Shown: positions 9,962-19,600, numbered from the stretch's first letter. The stretch: DNA of 54,724 nt from Ruminococcus sp. (GCA_015066955.1 SVNJ01000001.1:1-54724); one strand, 5' to 3'. Numbers and translations are program-made. Notes: generated by a model not told the origin, from the sequence alone.

Positions 9962-10370
9962 CTGCCTTTTCCTCACCTGCGTGGTCTCTTGAAAATGCAC
10001 CGAGAACACCGTTGATAAATGAAGTGTCCTCCTGATAAGTATACGTCATAGAAAGCTTGATAGCCTCGCTTATTGCCGCATTTACGGGTGTATTTTCATC
10101 ATAGATAGCCTCGTAAAGTGCGATTCTGAGTATTGCAAGGTTGAGCTTTGAGATTCTTGCAATGCTTCTTGATTTACTGTAGCTTGAAATGATTGAATCA
10201 AGCTTTTCTCTGTGCTCAATCGTTCCCTCAACAAGCTTCTTCACTTCATCGTTTACTGTAATCTCATCGATTTCCTCAGCGATGTCATAAAGCTCCTGTA
10301 TGTCGTCATCACGCAGAAGCTGCTCAAATACCAGCTTGAATGCGCTGTCTCTTATTTCACGTCTTGTCAT
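9954..10370 (-). CDS. nusB: Transcription antitermination factor NusB
   Basis: N-terminal RREIR, ILRIALYE, AISEAIKL and FINGVLG motifs. Confidence 0.95.
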   Translation of the reverse strand: MTRREIRDSAFKLVFEQLLRDDDIQELYDIAEEIDEITVNDEVKKLVEGTIEHREKLDSIISSYSKSRSIARISKLNLAILRIALYEAIYDENTPVNAAISEAIKLSMTYTYQEDTSFINGVLGAFSRDHAGEEKADA

Positions 10371-10387
10371 TTTTCTTCTCCTCTGTT

Positions 10388-10723
10388 TTATTCAAACTTA
10401 ACGCCGCCTATTGTTACGTTAACTCTTGCTACGGTTACGCCTGTCATGTTCTGCACGTTCTCCTTAACAGCCGACTGAACCGCCTGTGCAACAGTACAAG
10501 CCTTTGCGTCACCGTTTACCACAATCTTAATATCAATTGCAGCTACATCACCGATAAGCGATGCTGATATAGGTCTCTTGTTGCGAAGCTTGCTTACTGC
10601 ATTCATTTCTCCGTCGAGACCTGCTACGCCCTTTACATCAAGGGCGGCAAGTCTTGCAACTGTAAGTAATACATCCTCAGATATTTCAAGTCTGCTCTTT
10701 GCAGCTTTGTTCATTCCTTCCAT
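10388..10723 (-). CDS. Asp23/Gls24 family envelope stress protein
   Basis: ISEDVL...VQSAVKENVQNMTG...VNVTIGGV pattern; spoIIIAH-asp23-nusB synteny. Confidence 0.88.
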   Translation of the reverse strand: MEGMNKAAKSRLEISEDVLLTVARLAALDVKGVAGLDGEMNAVSKLRNKRPISASLIGDVAAIDIKIVVNGDAKACTVAQAVQSAVKENVQNMTGVTVARVNVTIGGVKFE

Positions 10724-10794
10724 TTTTACCTCCGCCTTTCCGCAGAATTAGGTGTATTTTTTAATCAATATTGTGTTTACACCCCTACTTTTAT

Positions 10795-10823
10795 ATTATA
10801 CCAAAAAAAATCGATTTGTACAA
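10795..10823 (-). promoter_or_regulatory. Sigma-A-type promoter for the asp23-nusB...recN operon
   Basis: TTGTAC-17 bp-TATAAT with an extended -10 TG on the minus strand. Confidence 0.6.
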
Positions 10824-11420
10824 CTACTTTACCTCAAAAATTCTGATATTTTCTGCAGAAACTTCTGCCTCACCAAGAATTATCTCCTTAATAGAGGCTG
10901 CCTGTGCCTTGTCAAGCCCTTCTGTCTTTACAACAACCTTTGCACTTTCACCGTCAAGGTATGCAACACAGTCCGCAAAGCCCTGTGCTTTTACAAGAGA
11001 TTCAATTGTTCCCTCAGACTCGATAAGCTTTGAAACCTCAACTGCATCAAGCGCATTCACTACCATTTCGTCCTCTGTAAGGTCACCGCCGCCTATGATT
11101 GTCTGTAAGGTCTGCACCGCTTCGTCACGATTATTCATCTTATCAAGACGAGCCTGTGCAAAATAATCTGTACCGTCAGCACTGACTGCTGTATCTGCGT
11201 CAGTCTCAGCATCTGCTTCTACAGCTGCATCACCGTTTACAAATTCAGTTTCGCCGTAATTTATATTTTCACTAAGACCGCTGCTGCCTGCGGCTGCATT
11301 ATCCTTTTCGCCGATTTTTGGTGCTGTTACGTAATTTATGTACACTGCCACTCCAAGCATTAATGTAAGACAGCTCATAATGATATGCTTTTTTCTGATG
11401 ATAAATGAAGGTTTTCTCAT
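10824..11420 (-). CDS. spoIIIAH: Stage III sporulation protein AH
   Basis: N-terminal TM with AVYINY, YFAQARL and IESLVKAQGFADCV; last gene of the spoIIIA cluster. Confidence 0.9.
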   Translation of the reverse strand: MRKPSFIIRKKHIIMSCLTLMLGVAVYINYVTAPKIGEKDNAAAGSSGLSENINYGETEFVNGDAAVEADAETDADTAVSADGTDYFAQARLDKMNNRDEAVQTLQTIIGGGDLTEDEMVVNALDAVEVSKLIESEGTIESLVKAQGFADCVAYLDGESAKVVVKTEGLDKAQAASIKEIILGEAEVSAENIRIFEVK

Positions 11421-11435
11421 AATCGTTTTCTCCTT

Positions 11436-11963
11436 TTACTTAAGACTTGTTACATAAATCCTGCTTGTGGGAATACCAAGTGCGGTAGATACCGCCTTGT
11501 ACACCATTTCCTGCACAACAGGACTGTCGCAGCCGCTGCAGGCTATCACCGCACCGCTTATCTGCGGTGCTTTAACTGTTTCTATCAGCGCAGTTTTATC
11601 TCCGCTTCCTCCCACCATCACATATTGATATTCCTCCTCCTTCTTGTTTTCCGATTCACTTGACTTTCCCTCAGTCGCATATACATACTCCTCTTCATTG
11701 CTCACCGTGAGATATACTTCGACCTCGCCTACTCCTTCGATTTTCCGAAGAAATTCAGAAAGTCTTTTTTCGGTTTCTTTACAGTAGTCCTCTGACATAG
11801 ATGTTACAGTACATGACTCTGCAGTTTTATACTCTTTTTCCTTTACTCCCGGAAGAAGTGACGAAATCAGAATCAGACAAAGTCCCGCAGCACCAAGTAT
11901 CATTACTGCCGAAAGAGCTTTTTTATCGCTCCCGAGAGACCTTATCAGTTCACCTATTCCCAT
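11436..11963 (-). CDS. spoIIIAG: Stage III sporulation protein AG
   Basis: TM segment, LRKIEGVGEVEVYLT, PQISGAVIAC and AVSTALGIPTSRIYV. Confidence 0.88.
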   Translation of the reverse strand: MGIGELIRSLGSDKKALSAVMILGAAGLCLILISSLLPGVKEKEYKTAESCTVTSMSEDYCKETEKRLSEFLRKIEGVGEVEVYLTVSNEEEYVYATEGKSSESENKKEEEYQYVMVGGSGDKTALIETVKAPQISGAVIACSGCDSPVVQEMVYKAVSTALGIPTSRIYVTSLK

Positions 11964-12411
11964 CGATTACCTCCGTTTCTTCTCCGAGACTGTTCCTGAT
12001 TACCTGTGCAGCTGCCTGAAAATCGTCTGCGCTGACTGTAACATTACTAATATATATGCTGTTTGTCTCAGAAATATTAACATTTGTCTCTATTTTACTG
12101 CATTCAACACCTGCCGCTTCAAGCTGCTGCAAGAGTACAGATGAAATATTCTCCCCTGTCTGAATGCGGATTTCCTCGTTGTATAATTCGTCCTGCTTCG
12201 TATACTCAGGCAGAGTATAATTCTTTAAATCAGGAAGCTCAAATTTCAGCGTACCTTTCAGAAACGGTGTTACAATCACTGTAATAAATATAAGATTCAG
12301 TAGAAATTTCATCTGATTTTTAAGACGTGTACCCGAAACAAGCCCGTCCATTATACATATCGCAGCCGATATAATACAGACTGCTCTGATAATCTCTTTT
12401 AAGTTGTCCAT
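11950..12411 (-). CDS. spoIIIAF: Stage III sporulation protein AF
   Basis: Two N-terminal TM segments plus a soluble domain; position between AE and AG. Confidence 0.75.
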   Translation of the reverse strand: MDNLKEIIRAVCIISAAICIMDGLVSGTRLKNQMKFLLNLIFITVIVTPFLKGTLKFELPDLKNYTLPEYTKQDELYNEEIRIQTGENISSVLLQQLEAAGVECSKIETNVNISETNSIYISNVTVSADDFQAAAQVIRNSLGEETEVIDGNR

Positions 12412-12425
12412 AGCACACCTCCCGA

Positions 12426-13525
12426 TTATACTGTTTTCATAAGTATTGCCGTGCTGATTATAAAAAGTACAGAAAAACAGATAAGTACGCTGAGTGCAAT
12501 TGCAAGTCCGCTGTCAAGTCCTTTAAATAGCTTTTCAAGCGGTGCAACCGAGAACATCTCTGCTGCCGCTGTACCAGCCCATAAAGCTGCTCTGAATGCA
12601 AAAATCTCAAGTATAGGTGGAAGCATAAGAATGATTACAGCAATAGTCCCTGCTGTACCTGTAGTGCACTTCATAACCTCAAAGCTTCCCTTTACGGTAG
12701 AGTATGCATCCGTTACCGCACTTCCCACAACAGGTACAAGTCCTGATACAACAAACTTCACAGATTTTGAAGCAAAGCCGTCTACTGTATTTCCGAGAGT
12801 TGATTTAAGGGAAACAAACCCGCTGAATAATGTCATTGAAACAGTAAGTCCCCACGTTATTAGCTTCTTAATAAGCCTTACTATTCCTTCTGCTGAGGTT
12901 TCGGGGAAAACACTCCCTGTGATTGAAAGTGCCGCAGTCATAGCCACAAGAGGCATTACGATACATGATGAAAGCTGTACAATAATTTCAGCTGCTGCAA
13001 GAGTAATTGTATTATATACGCCTGCTGAAACTATATTTCCCGAAGCCACTGAAATTGCAACGTAAACAGGTACAAATGCAAGCATAAAGCCGGAACCTTT
13101 TTCAAGGGCAACACTGCTGTTCTCATAAGCCTCAAGAAGGGGCGGACATATAACCGCAGCGGCTGAAATTACGCAAACCATGTTGTAAAGATTGGCTGAC
13201 GGACTTTTCGGGAATGTGGTGTCTCCTGCTGTATGCATTAACGAAGCAAAAACTATTGTTATCAGAATCGTACCCAAAAGTCGGAATGGTGCTTTAAGAC
13301 GTGCAGTCACGGAAGCAAGCACCGAATCAATTATTGACGAAAGCGAAAGATTTTCCATATCCTCATAAGAAAAATTCGTATCGTATTCCGAAAGCATATC
13401 ATTAACCTGACCGCTTATCTCTTAGTACTCGCATTGATGTCCTGTGCAAAAGCATCAAGCGAAAATACCTTTGAAAGGCATATAATTATTGTAACAGTAA
13501 GCAGTATTTTCAAAAATCTTCTCAT
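12426..13525 (-). pseudogene. spoIIIAE: Stage III sporulation protein AE with a 1-nt frameshift near 13420; the main ORF is 12426..13397
   Basis: Polytopic AE-like ORF (VPVVGSAVTDA). The RBS-supported ATG at 13525 encodes a signal-peptide-like MRRFLKILLTV...AFAQD that stops at 13415-13417. It is 128 nt from the downstream ATG, so out of frame. Confidence 0.75.
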
Positions 13526-13538
13526 TTTCAACTCCCTT

Positions 13539-13928
13539 TTACAGAAAATCGTTTATCATTTCAATCAATGCAGAAATAATCGGAAGTGAAATAACCGTTA
13601 CGGCGCAACGCCCCCACAATTCAGCTGCAGAAGCTATCGCACGCTCTCCGCTGTCACGGCATATTTCAGTTGTAATCTGAGTTATAAAACAAATAGCAGC
13701 CGCCTTGAAAACCACTGATAAGTAGGAGGACGAGATGCCAGCTGTTTCAAAAAGCTCACGGACCTGCTGTATAACAGGCTGAACAAGCGTAAGTACCGCT
13801 AAAAGTATTCCGATACATGCGGCAAGTGCCGCCAACAGTGACTGCTCACGGCAATACTGACGAAGTAATACCGCAAAAATTACCGAACAGACCGAAAAAA
13901 TCGAAACAGTAAAACAGCTGTCTACCAT
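13539..13928 (-). CDS. spoIIIAD: Stage III sporulation protein AD
   Basis: Hydrophobic, with ICRDSGERAIASAAELWG...LPII. Confidence 0.9.
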   Translation of the reverse strand: MVDSCFTVSIFSVCSVIFAVLLRQYCREQSLLAALAACIGILLAVLTLVQPVIQQVRELFETAGISSSYLSVVFKAAAICFITQITTEICRDSGERAIASAAELWGRCAVTVISLPIISALIEMINDFL

Positions 13929-14119
13929 AATCCGAACACCGACTTTATTGTCTCAAACAGCTCACCTATCTCATTCACTATAACCACAAGCACCACTATA
14001 AGTCCCGCAAGTGTGGTAAGCATTGCCTGTTCTTCCCTTTCCGCACGTTTAAGTACAAGATTCAGCACTGCAACTATGATTCCTGTTCCTGCAATCTTAA
14101 ATATCAAATCAATATCCAT
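13922..14119 (-). CDS. spoIIIAC: Stage III sporulation protein AC
   Basis: MDIDLIFKIAGTGIIVAVLNLVLK...EEQAMLTTLAG...LFETIKSVF. Confidence 0.95.
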   Translation of the reverse strand: MDIDLIFKIAGTGIIVAVLNLVLKRAEREEQAMLTTLAGLIVVLVVIVNEIGELFETIKSVFGLW

Positions 14120-14139
14120 TTGAAAACTTCCCTTCTGCT

Positions 14140-14643
14140 TCAGATAATCATTATGCCTGTCATTGTTCCTAAAAGTACGCCGACGCTTTTGTAAAGCTTG
14201 CTCTTCCGAAGATACTCCTCATTACAACGCTGCTGAATATCCTTTATTATTTCGCAGGTACCATCAATTGATAAAAGCTGTCCTTCAATATCGCTTTTTC
14301 CAAGTGCATGTCCGAATGAAACAAGACAATTCCGCTCCTCAGTTTCTAAATTTCTATCAGATTGCACGGCATTTTCCCAAAGCTTATGAAAATCATCACA
14401 CGGTTCATAATAATCAGGAAGCTCAGAAAGAAAATGCAGATTTGAATATTCCTTACAGGATTTAAGCTCACGGATAATTTCAAACATGTCCATTTTTCTG
14501 TAACGAATCAGCATTGAAATCCGATGAAGCATTTCACAAACCGCACGACAGGAATCACGTCTTATACGAAGCTTCTCCGATAAAGTAAACCCGCCAACAG
14601 CACCGCATAAAACAAATAAAACAAACGCAATCATTTTTAGCAT
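14140..14643 (-). CDS. spoIIIAB: Stage III sporulation protein AB
   Basis: N- and C-terminal TM segments, LGKSDIEGQ and KLYKSVGVLLG; ATG at 14643 follows AGGAGG. Confidence 0.88.
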   Translation of the reverse strand: MLKMIAFVLFVLCGAVGGFTLSEKLRIRRDSCRAVCEMLHRISMLIRYRKMDMFEIIRELKSCKEYSNLHFLSELPDYYEPCDDFHKLWENAVQSDRNLETEERNCLVSFGHALGKSDIEGQLLSIDGTCEIIKDIQQRCNEEYLRKSKLYKSVGVLLGTMTGIMII

Positions 14644-14644
14644 A

Positions 14645-15559
14645 TTATTTAAGCCTCCTGATTTCCTTAACTTTTCCGGGAAAGGACTCCCCCTGAAGAA
14701 AAACAGCATAATCAAAAACACCTTTTTCAAGCAAAAGTTCAATTCCCTGCCTTTTATACAGGTCTGCCAAAGATTCGGCATGAACAGTTGAAATAAACTT
14801 GACACCACAGCCATATCCGTTGATTAAAGCTTCTGCATCGTCGCAAGTACTGATTTCATCGCAGAAAATTATATGAGGAGAAAGAGTTCTGATTGCAGAA
14901 ATTATTCCGTCACAGCGGTTGATTCCCTCAAGAATATCAGTCTGAAGTCCTGTATCGAAAAATGGAAGACCGTCTACAGAGGCGGAAATCTCGCTTCGTT
15001 CATCAATTACTGTGACCTTGTACTTATTTCCGCACAAGCGGCATAAGTCCCTTAAGATTGTAGTTTTACCCGAATTCGGACCGCCACAGACAAGAACACT
15101 GCTTATTTGTGTTGAATACAATTTACCAAAAATATTTTCTGCACAGCCAATAACTTCCCGTGCTATTCTGAAATTAAAGCCTCCAGCATATTTCAGAGGT
15201 GAATCAGAATCATTCCTTACACCTGATACACCGACTCTGACTCCATTTTCAATTGTAAAGTAGCCTTGTCGGAGTTCACGCTCAAAGCTGTGAACGGAAT
15301 AACGGCACAATCGTCTTAGTATTTCCTGTACGTCTTCAATTGTAACAATTAGTAAATTATCAGTTCGTCCATTTTCTGAAAGATTTCCACTCATAGTCAC
15401 ATAATATAAACAATTGCATTGCACAAGAGAAACCGGCCGACCAACACGTAGTCGGATCTCACATAGCTTATCCCTGATATGAACCGGTATATCATTTAAT
15501 TGTGTGCAAATTCTTTCGGGTAAATATGATGATATGGTTTCGTATGCCGTTTTTTTCAT
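14645..15559 (-). CDS. spoIIIAA: Stage III sporulation protein AA (ATPase)
   Basis: EIRLRVGRP, GGPNSGKTTILRD, IDERSEI, CDEI and STVH motifs. Confidence 0.93.
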   Translation of the reverse strand: MKKTAYETISSYLPERICTQLNDIPVHIRDKLCEIRLRVGRPVSLVQCNCLYYVTMSGNLSENGRTDNLLIVTIEDVQEILRRLCRYSVHSFERELRQGYFTIENGVRVGVSGVRNDSDSPLKYAGGFNFRIAREVIGCAENIFGKLYSTQISSVLVCGGPNSGKTTILRDLCRLCGNKYKVTVIDERSEISASVDGLPFFDTGLQTDILEGINRCDGIISAIRTLSPHIIFCDEISTCDDAEALINGYGCGVKFISTVHAESLADLYKRQGIELLLEKGVFDYAVFLQGESFPGKVKEIRRLK

Positions 15560-15584
15560 AAAACATCCCTCACTCTTTTTTATA

Positions 15585-15614
15585 ATCATATTCAGCTGCA
15601 GTATATTTTATGAC
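15585..15614 (-). promoter_or_regulatory. Putative sigma-E promoter of the spoIIIA operon
   Basis: gtcATA-16 bp-aATAtgaT resembles the SigE consensus ATA-16/18-cATAcanT; spoIIIA is SigE-dependent in Bacillus and Clostridium. Confidence 0.6.
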
Positions 15615-15616
15615 AT

Positions 15617-15676
15617 AAAAAAAACCCTGCCTTATGACAGGGGAAAATAAAAACAGCACACCGAAGTGTGCTGTTT
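15617..15676 (-). terminator. Two tandem intrinsic terminators after the ABC operon
   Basis: AAACAGCACAC-TTCG-GTGTGCTGTTT plus T-rich tail (15644-15676), then CCCTGTC-ATAA-GGCAGGG plus T8 (15617-15643). Confidence 0.85.
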
Positions 15677-15686
15677 AATAACAATA

Positions 15687-16583
15687 TTATTCCTTTACAC
15701 CACCGAGAGCAACACCAGCAATGATGAACTTAGACAGAATGATGTAGATGATAACGATAGGAAGAATACTGAGTGCGATTGCAAGATAAATTGCACCGTA
15801 ATCAACGAACTTATCGGATGCCTGAATTGCAGACACCATCATCGGGAGTGTCTTCTGATTAAATTTAGAGCTGATGAGGATCATGTTAGGTGTATAGAAG
15901 TTGTTCCAGCTTGCGATGAAGGCAAAGATAGCCTGTACAGCGATAGCCGGCTTCATCATGGGAATTGCAATTGTAAGGAAGGTTCTGAACTCACCTGAAC
16001 CGTCAATTCTCGCAGCCTCAACAATGTCGAGGGGGAACGAGGACTTCATGTATGAACGCATGAAGTATACTACAGCAGGAGCTGCAATTGAAGGAAGGAT
16101 AAGAGGCCAGTATGTATCTGTCAGTTTAAGGTCGAGCATGAAGCTTACGAAACCGGCAGATGTAACCTGTACAGGAACCATCATTACAAGAAGAATAATT
16201 GTGTAGGAAATTTCCTTAAGCTTAAAGTCATAAACGTGAATACCGTATGCTGTAAGTGCAGCAAAGAAAACTGTAAATACAGTTGAGAAACCTGTGATAA
16301 TAGCAGAGTTCCTGTAACCGATAAGTACGTTAAATACAGTATTATAGTTGATGTCCTTGAAGAGTGTATCAATATTCTTCATAAGATATGTTCCCGGAAC
16401 AAATGAAATTCCGTTAGAAATATCATGATTGCCTCTTGTAGCATTTATAATAAGAATATAAATAGGTAAGAGACAAATTACTGTAAGAATTACAAACCAG
16501 ATAAAAAGGATTGTAGACTTAGTTCTGATCTTACGTGTGTAGTTAGCGTTTGAAGTGCCGTATACTGCTTTCATATTACTCAT
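15687..16583 (-). CDS. Carbohydrate ABC transporter permease (MalG-like)
   Basis: EAARIDG EAA loop, FIASWNNF, multiple TM segments. Confidence 0.92.
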   Translation of the reverse strand: MSNMKAVYGTSNANYTRKIRTKSTILFIWFVILTVICLLPIYILIINATRGNHDISNGISFVPGTYLMKNIDTLFKDINYNTVFNVLIGYRNSAIITGFSTVFTVFFAALTAYGIHVYDFKLKEISYTIILLVMMVPVQVTSAGFVSFMLDLKLTDTYWPLILPSIAAPAVVYFMRSYMKSSFPLDIVEAARIDGSGEFRTFLTIAIPMMKPAIAVQAIFAFIASWNNFYTPNMILISSKFNQKTLPMMVSAIQASDKFVDYGAIYLAIALSILPIVIIYIILSKFIIAGVALGGVKE

Positions 16584-17635
16584 ATAGTAAGACCTCCAAA
16601 CTGCTTATTTTCACGCTTTGCCTGCTGTGCATTCTTCTTACGCTGCTTCTTCTTAGCGATTTCATCCTTGTCTCTTGTGAGATAGAATGCAATACAACCA
16701 AGAATAAGAGTAATAATGAAGAGAATAACAGACGCAGCACCTGCGTAACCCATCTTAGGACTTGTTACGTCGTGGAAATATTCATAAATGTAAACCGCAA
16801 CGGTCTTGAGGTCATCGCTGACCTTCTGCGGGTCTTTATGATAAAGGAAAGGAATATCGAACATCTGGAGACCACCGATCATGGATGTTACGAGTGTATA
16901 AGCCATGATTGGGCTGAGAAGAGGAAGAGTAATCTTTCTGAATACCTGTCCTGAATTAGCGCCGTCGATGCTTGCCGCCTCAAATAATGAGGGGTTGATA
17001 CCCTGAATACCTGACATAAGCATAATCATAGTATTACCGAACCACATCCATGTCTGGATAAACATAACTACACCACGTGAAGTCCATGTATCGGTAATGA
17101 ATTTAATAGTATCATACTTTGCAGATGTCGAGTTATAATCAACAATGCCCATTTTACTGAGCAACAGGTTGAGTGAACCCGGAACATTCTCTGCCTCACC
17201 GCAAAGCTGGAGGAAGAGTACAGCAACAGATGCTGCAGTAATAATATTAGGTAAGTACATAACAATCTTGAAGAAGCCCTTGCCCGGGATCTTAAGATTA
17301 GCTTCTGTAAACCAAACAGCGAGAGAAAGAGATAAGATAATCTGAGGAATGAAGTTACCAACCCAAAGAATAACTGTATTCTGAAGGGCAATAAAGAACT
17401 TCTCATGAACCATCTTAACTGAACGGTTTCCGTCGCCGAAGAGAATTGCCTTGTAGTTATCCATGCCTACAAAGGCTTCCAACTCCTTACCATTACCATG
17501 AACACTGAGTACAAAAGTATTAATCAGCGGCCAAAGCTGGAAAAAGAAGTATACTAAGAAAAAAGGTAAGATAAAAAAGTAGCCGTACTTGGCATAGCTT
17601 ATCGATTTAATTCTTCTCTGCGCAGCTGACGCCAT
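16580..17635 (-). CDS. Carbohydrate ABC transporter permease (MalF-like)
   Basis: EAASIDGA, FRKITLPLL, GLQMFD and GYAGAAS motifs. Confidence 0.92.
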   Translation of the reverse strand: MASAAQRRIKSISYAKYGYFFILPFFLVYFFFQLWPLINTFVLSVHGNGKELEAFVGMDNYKAILFGDGNRSVKMVHEKFFIALQNTVILWVGNFIPQIILSLSLAVWFTEANLKIPGKGFFKIVMYLPNIITAASVAVLFLQLCGEAENVPGSLNLLLSKMGIVDYNSTSAKYDTIKFITDTWTSRGVVMFIQTWMWFGNTMIMLMSGIQGINPSLFEAASIDGANSGQVFRKITLPLLSPIMAYTLVTSMIGGLQMFDIPFLYHKDPQKVSDDLKTVAVYIYEYFHDVTSPKMGYAGAASVILFIITLILGCIAFYLTRDKDEIAKKKQRKKNAQQAKRENKQFGGLTI

Positions 17636-17672
17636 AACACACACCCTCTCAAAAGTAGATAAGTAAATATAT

Positions 17673-17702
17673 ACCTACGGAATGCCTCAGCATTCCGTAG
17701 GT
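17673..17702 (-). other. Intercistronic 13-bp stem-loop after the solute-binding gene (mRNA stabiliser or partial terminator)
   Basis: Perfect inverted repeat ACCTACGGAATGC-4 nt-GCATTCCGTAGGT without a clean U-tract on the mRNA strand. Confidence 0.75.
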
Positions 17703-17743
17703 TTTCAAAAACGATTTTGAAGAATGAATATTATTGACGATTA

Positions 17744-19252
17744 TTATTCCCAATCAAGGTCAGGAAGTGCTTCTGCTGCGAGATCCTTGAATGCTTCCTG
17801 AGTCTCTTCCCAAGTCTTTCCGCCTTCGAGGTATTCTGTCTTAACAGCTTCAACGAAGTTTGTCTTGCAGGGGTTATCGTACTCTGTGATGAGGCCCTTG
17901 AAGTCAATCTTCTGTACGTTCTCATAAAGAGGAGCGTAGATGTTCTGGTTGTCCTTCATGTTGCCTGTGATATCCTGGTTGAATACTGTGTCAGCCTTGA
18001 TAAGCTCATCCATAACAACAGAGTTGTTAACGAACTCAGGCTTAGCTGAAGCGTATGCCTTCATCTGAGCGTTGTCAACTGTAGCAGACTTGATGAAGTC
18101 CTGAGCTTCCTGAGCGTTGTCAGTCTTGGGGTTAACAACCATCCAAGTACCGCCCCAGTAGTAAGCCTGAGGACCCTGACATACAGCCCACTTACCGTAT
18201 GTTTCGCCGCCTACGCCGCCTGCAGCTGTAAGACCGAAGCCGCTGTAGCCCCATGTAGATACGAAGTAACCCATACATGTGTCGTTTGTACCAGCAGCTG
18301 TCCACTCATCTGTCCACTGGCCGTTCTTTGTAACACCGCCGCAGTCCCAGAGAGCCTTAGCTGTGTCAGCAAAGTTCTTGCAGAAGTCATCGATTACTAC
18401 CTTGTTGTCAACAACCCAAGGCTGTGTACGACCACAAGCGTATGCCTGCCAGAGACCACCAAGTGTATCAGCGAGAGCTGTCTTTCCGCCTGACTGCTCA
18501 GAAATTGTCTGTGCAGCTGCTACGAAATCATCCCATGTACCGATCTTAGCCTGCATCTCCTCAGGGCTCTTAACGCCGAGGTACTGCTCAGCAAGGTCAG
18601 CTCTGTACTGGAAGCCGCCTGCTGCAGCCTGCCATGAAACGCCCTTACGAACGCCGTTCTTATCCTTACCGATTTCATCTGTGTAGCTGTAGATCTCAGC
18701 AAAGTTAGCATCTGAGAAACCGAGGTCAGAGAGAGGAGCTGTCTTAGTATCATCGTTGATGTACTTGAGAGCCCAGTCAGCCTCTACCATGTATACGTCC
18801 ATGTCCTCGCCACCAGCGAAGATGTTGTCATACTTTTCAGAAGCTTCGCCACCCTGGCAACCCATGTTGTTGAAGTTTACACCTTCAATTTCGCCGTTAG
18901 CAACCTGCTCAACGCCTGCCTTGTAGTCTGTGATACCCTTCCACTGGCAGATGAGGTAAGGAACGTCATCACCGTTCCAAGCTGCAACTGTGAACTTGTC
19001 GCCGCCTGTAGCGAGCTTAACCTCGCCTACTTCTGTTGTCTTGCCAGCAGGTGCTGCCTCAGATTCGGACTCTGACTCAGACTCAGAAGCTGACTCAGAC
19101 TCAGAAGCTGACTCAGACTCAGAAGCTGACTCAGAAGCTGAAGATGATGATGAAGACTTAGACTCTTCCTTTTCATCACTACAACCAACGAATGCTGTAG
19201 CAGACATAACGAGTGCTGCCATTAAAGCTAATGTTTTCTTAAGATTGTTCAT
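17744..19252 (-). CDS. Carbohydrate ABC transporter substrate-binding lipoprotein
   Basis: Lipobox FVGC, Ser/Glu linker and YYWGGTW motif; upstream of two sugar permeases; codon bias suggests high expression. Confidence 0.9.
   Translation of the reverse strand: MNNLKKTLALMAALVMSATAFVGCSDEKEESKSSSSSSASESASESESASESESASESESESESEAAPAGKTTEVGEVKLATGGDKFTVAAWNGDDVPYLICQWKGITDYKAGVEQVANGEIEGVNFNNMGCQGGEASEKYDNIFAGGEDMDVYMVEADWALKYINDDTKTAPLSDLGFSDANFAEIYSYTDEIGKDKNGVRKGVSWQAAAGGFQYRADLAEQYLGVKSPEEMQAKIGTWDDFVAAAQTISEQSGGKTALADTLGGLWQAYACGRTQPWVVDNKVVIDDFCKNFADTAKALWDCGGVTKNGQWTDEWTAAGTNDTCMGYFVSTWGYSGFGLTAAGGVGGETYGKWAVCQGPQAYYWGGTWMVVNPKTDNAQEAQDFIKSATVDNAQMKAYASAKPEFVNNSVVMDELIKADTVFNQDITGNMKDNQNIYAPLYENVQKIDFKGLITEYDNPCKTNFVEAVKTEYLEGGKTWEETQEAFKDLAAEALPDLDWE
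19074..19139 (-). repeat. 18-bp tandem repeat encoding an (ESESAS)n linker
   Basis: GACTCAGACTCAGAAGCT unit repeated about 3 times plus partial copies. Confidence 0.85.
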
Positions 19253-19309
19253 TAGAATTTTCCTCCTTAAATATATATATTATATTTTAAAAATATAATA
19301 GCGTAAATA

Positions 19310-19600
19310 ATGTTTTTGCCGCCGCTTCCTCAGACATTTCATGCTAAAATGAATGTACTCACCCAAGCCTTCCTGCTTCGGTGCGCTCAGCTATATTACA
19401 AAAGGCATAGGCCTGTGTAATCTTATTCATCAAGCAACTCCCGCACGGGCGTTTCCCGTACAAAATCCATACTGTCAGCTCAGCAATCCTCCGCACAGCT
19501 TTTATTGCTTTGCAGACGTCCTCTGCTTCGGGCAATCATTCCGCATTCCGCAGAACTCAGCCATGCTCAGACCCACTCACTCGCAGTATGTGAATAACCG
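19310..19600 (-). ncRNA. Candidate structured cis-regulatory RNA in the long 5' leader of the ABC operon (family unknown)
   Basis: GC-rich block between AT-rich flanks, at least five pairing elements, five CUGAG and two CCGAAGCAG repeats, no credible ORF. Confidence 0.55.

Noticed and set aside
14644-14814. Long N-terminal extensions in the ORF track (spoIIIAB; likewise the tsaD-like gene, glgB, glgC and the kinase)
   Set aside because: They overlap upstream genes or lack an RBS; downstream starts have clear Shine-Dalgarno sequences.
19060-19150. Tandem repeats as a possible CRISPR array or contingency locus (also 44640-44715 and 52340-52460)
   Set aside because: Units are multiples of 3 without unique spacers and encode low-complexity linkers; no cas genes are present.
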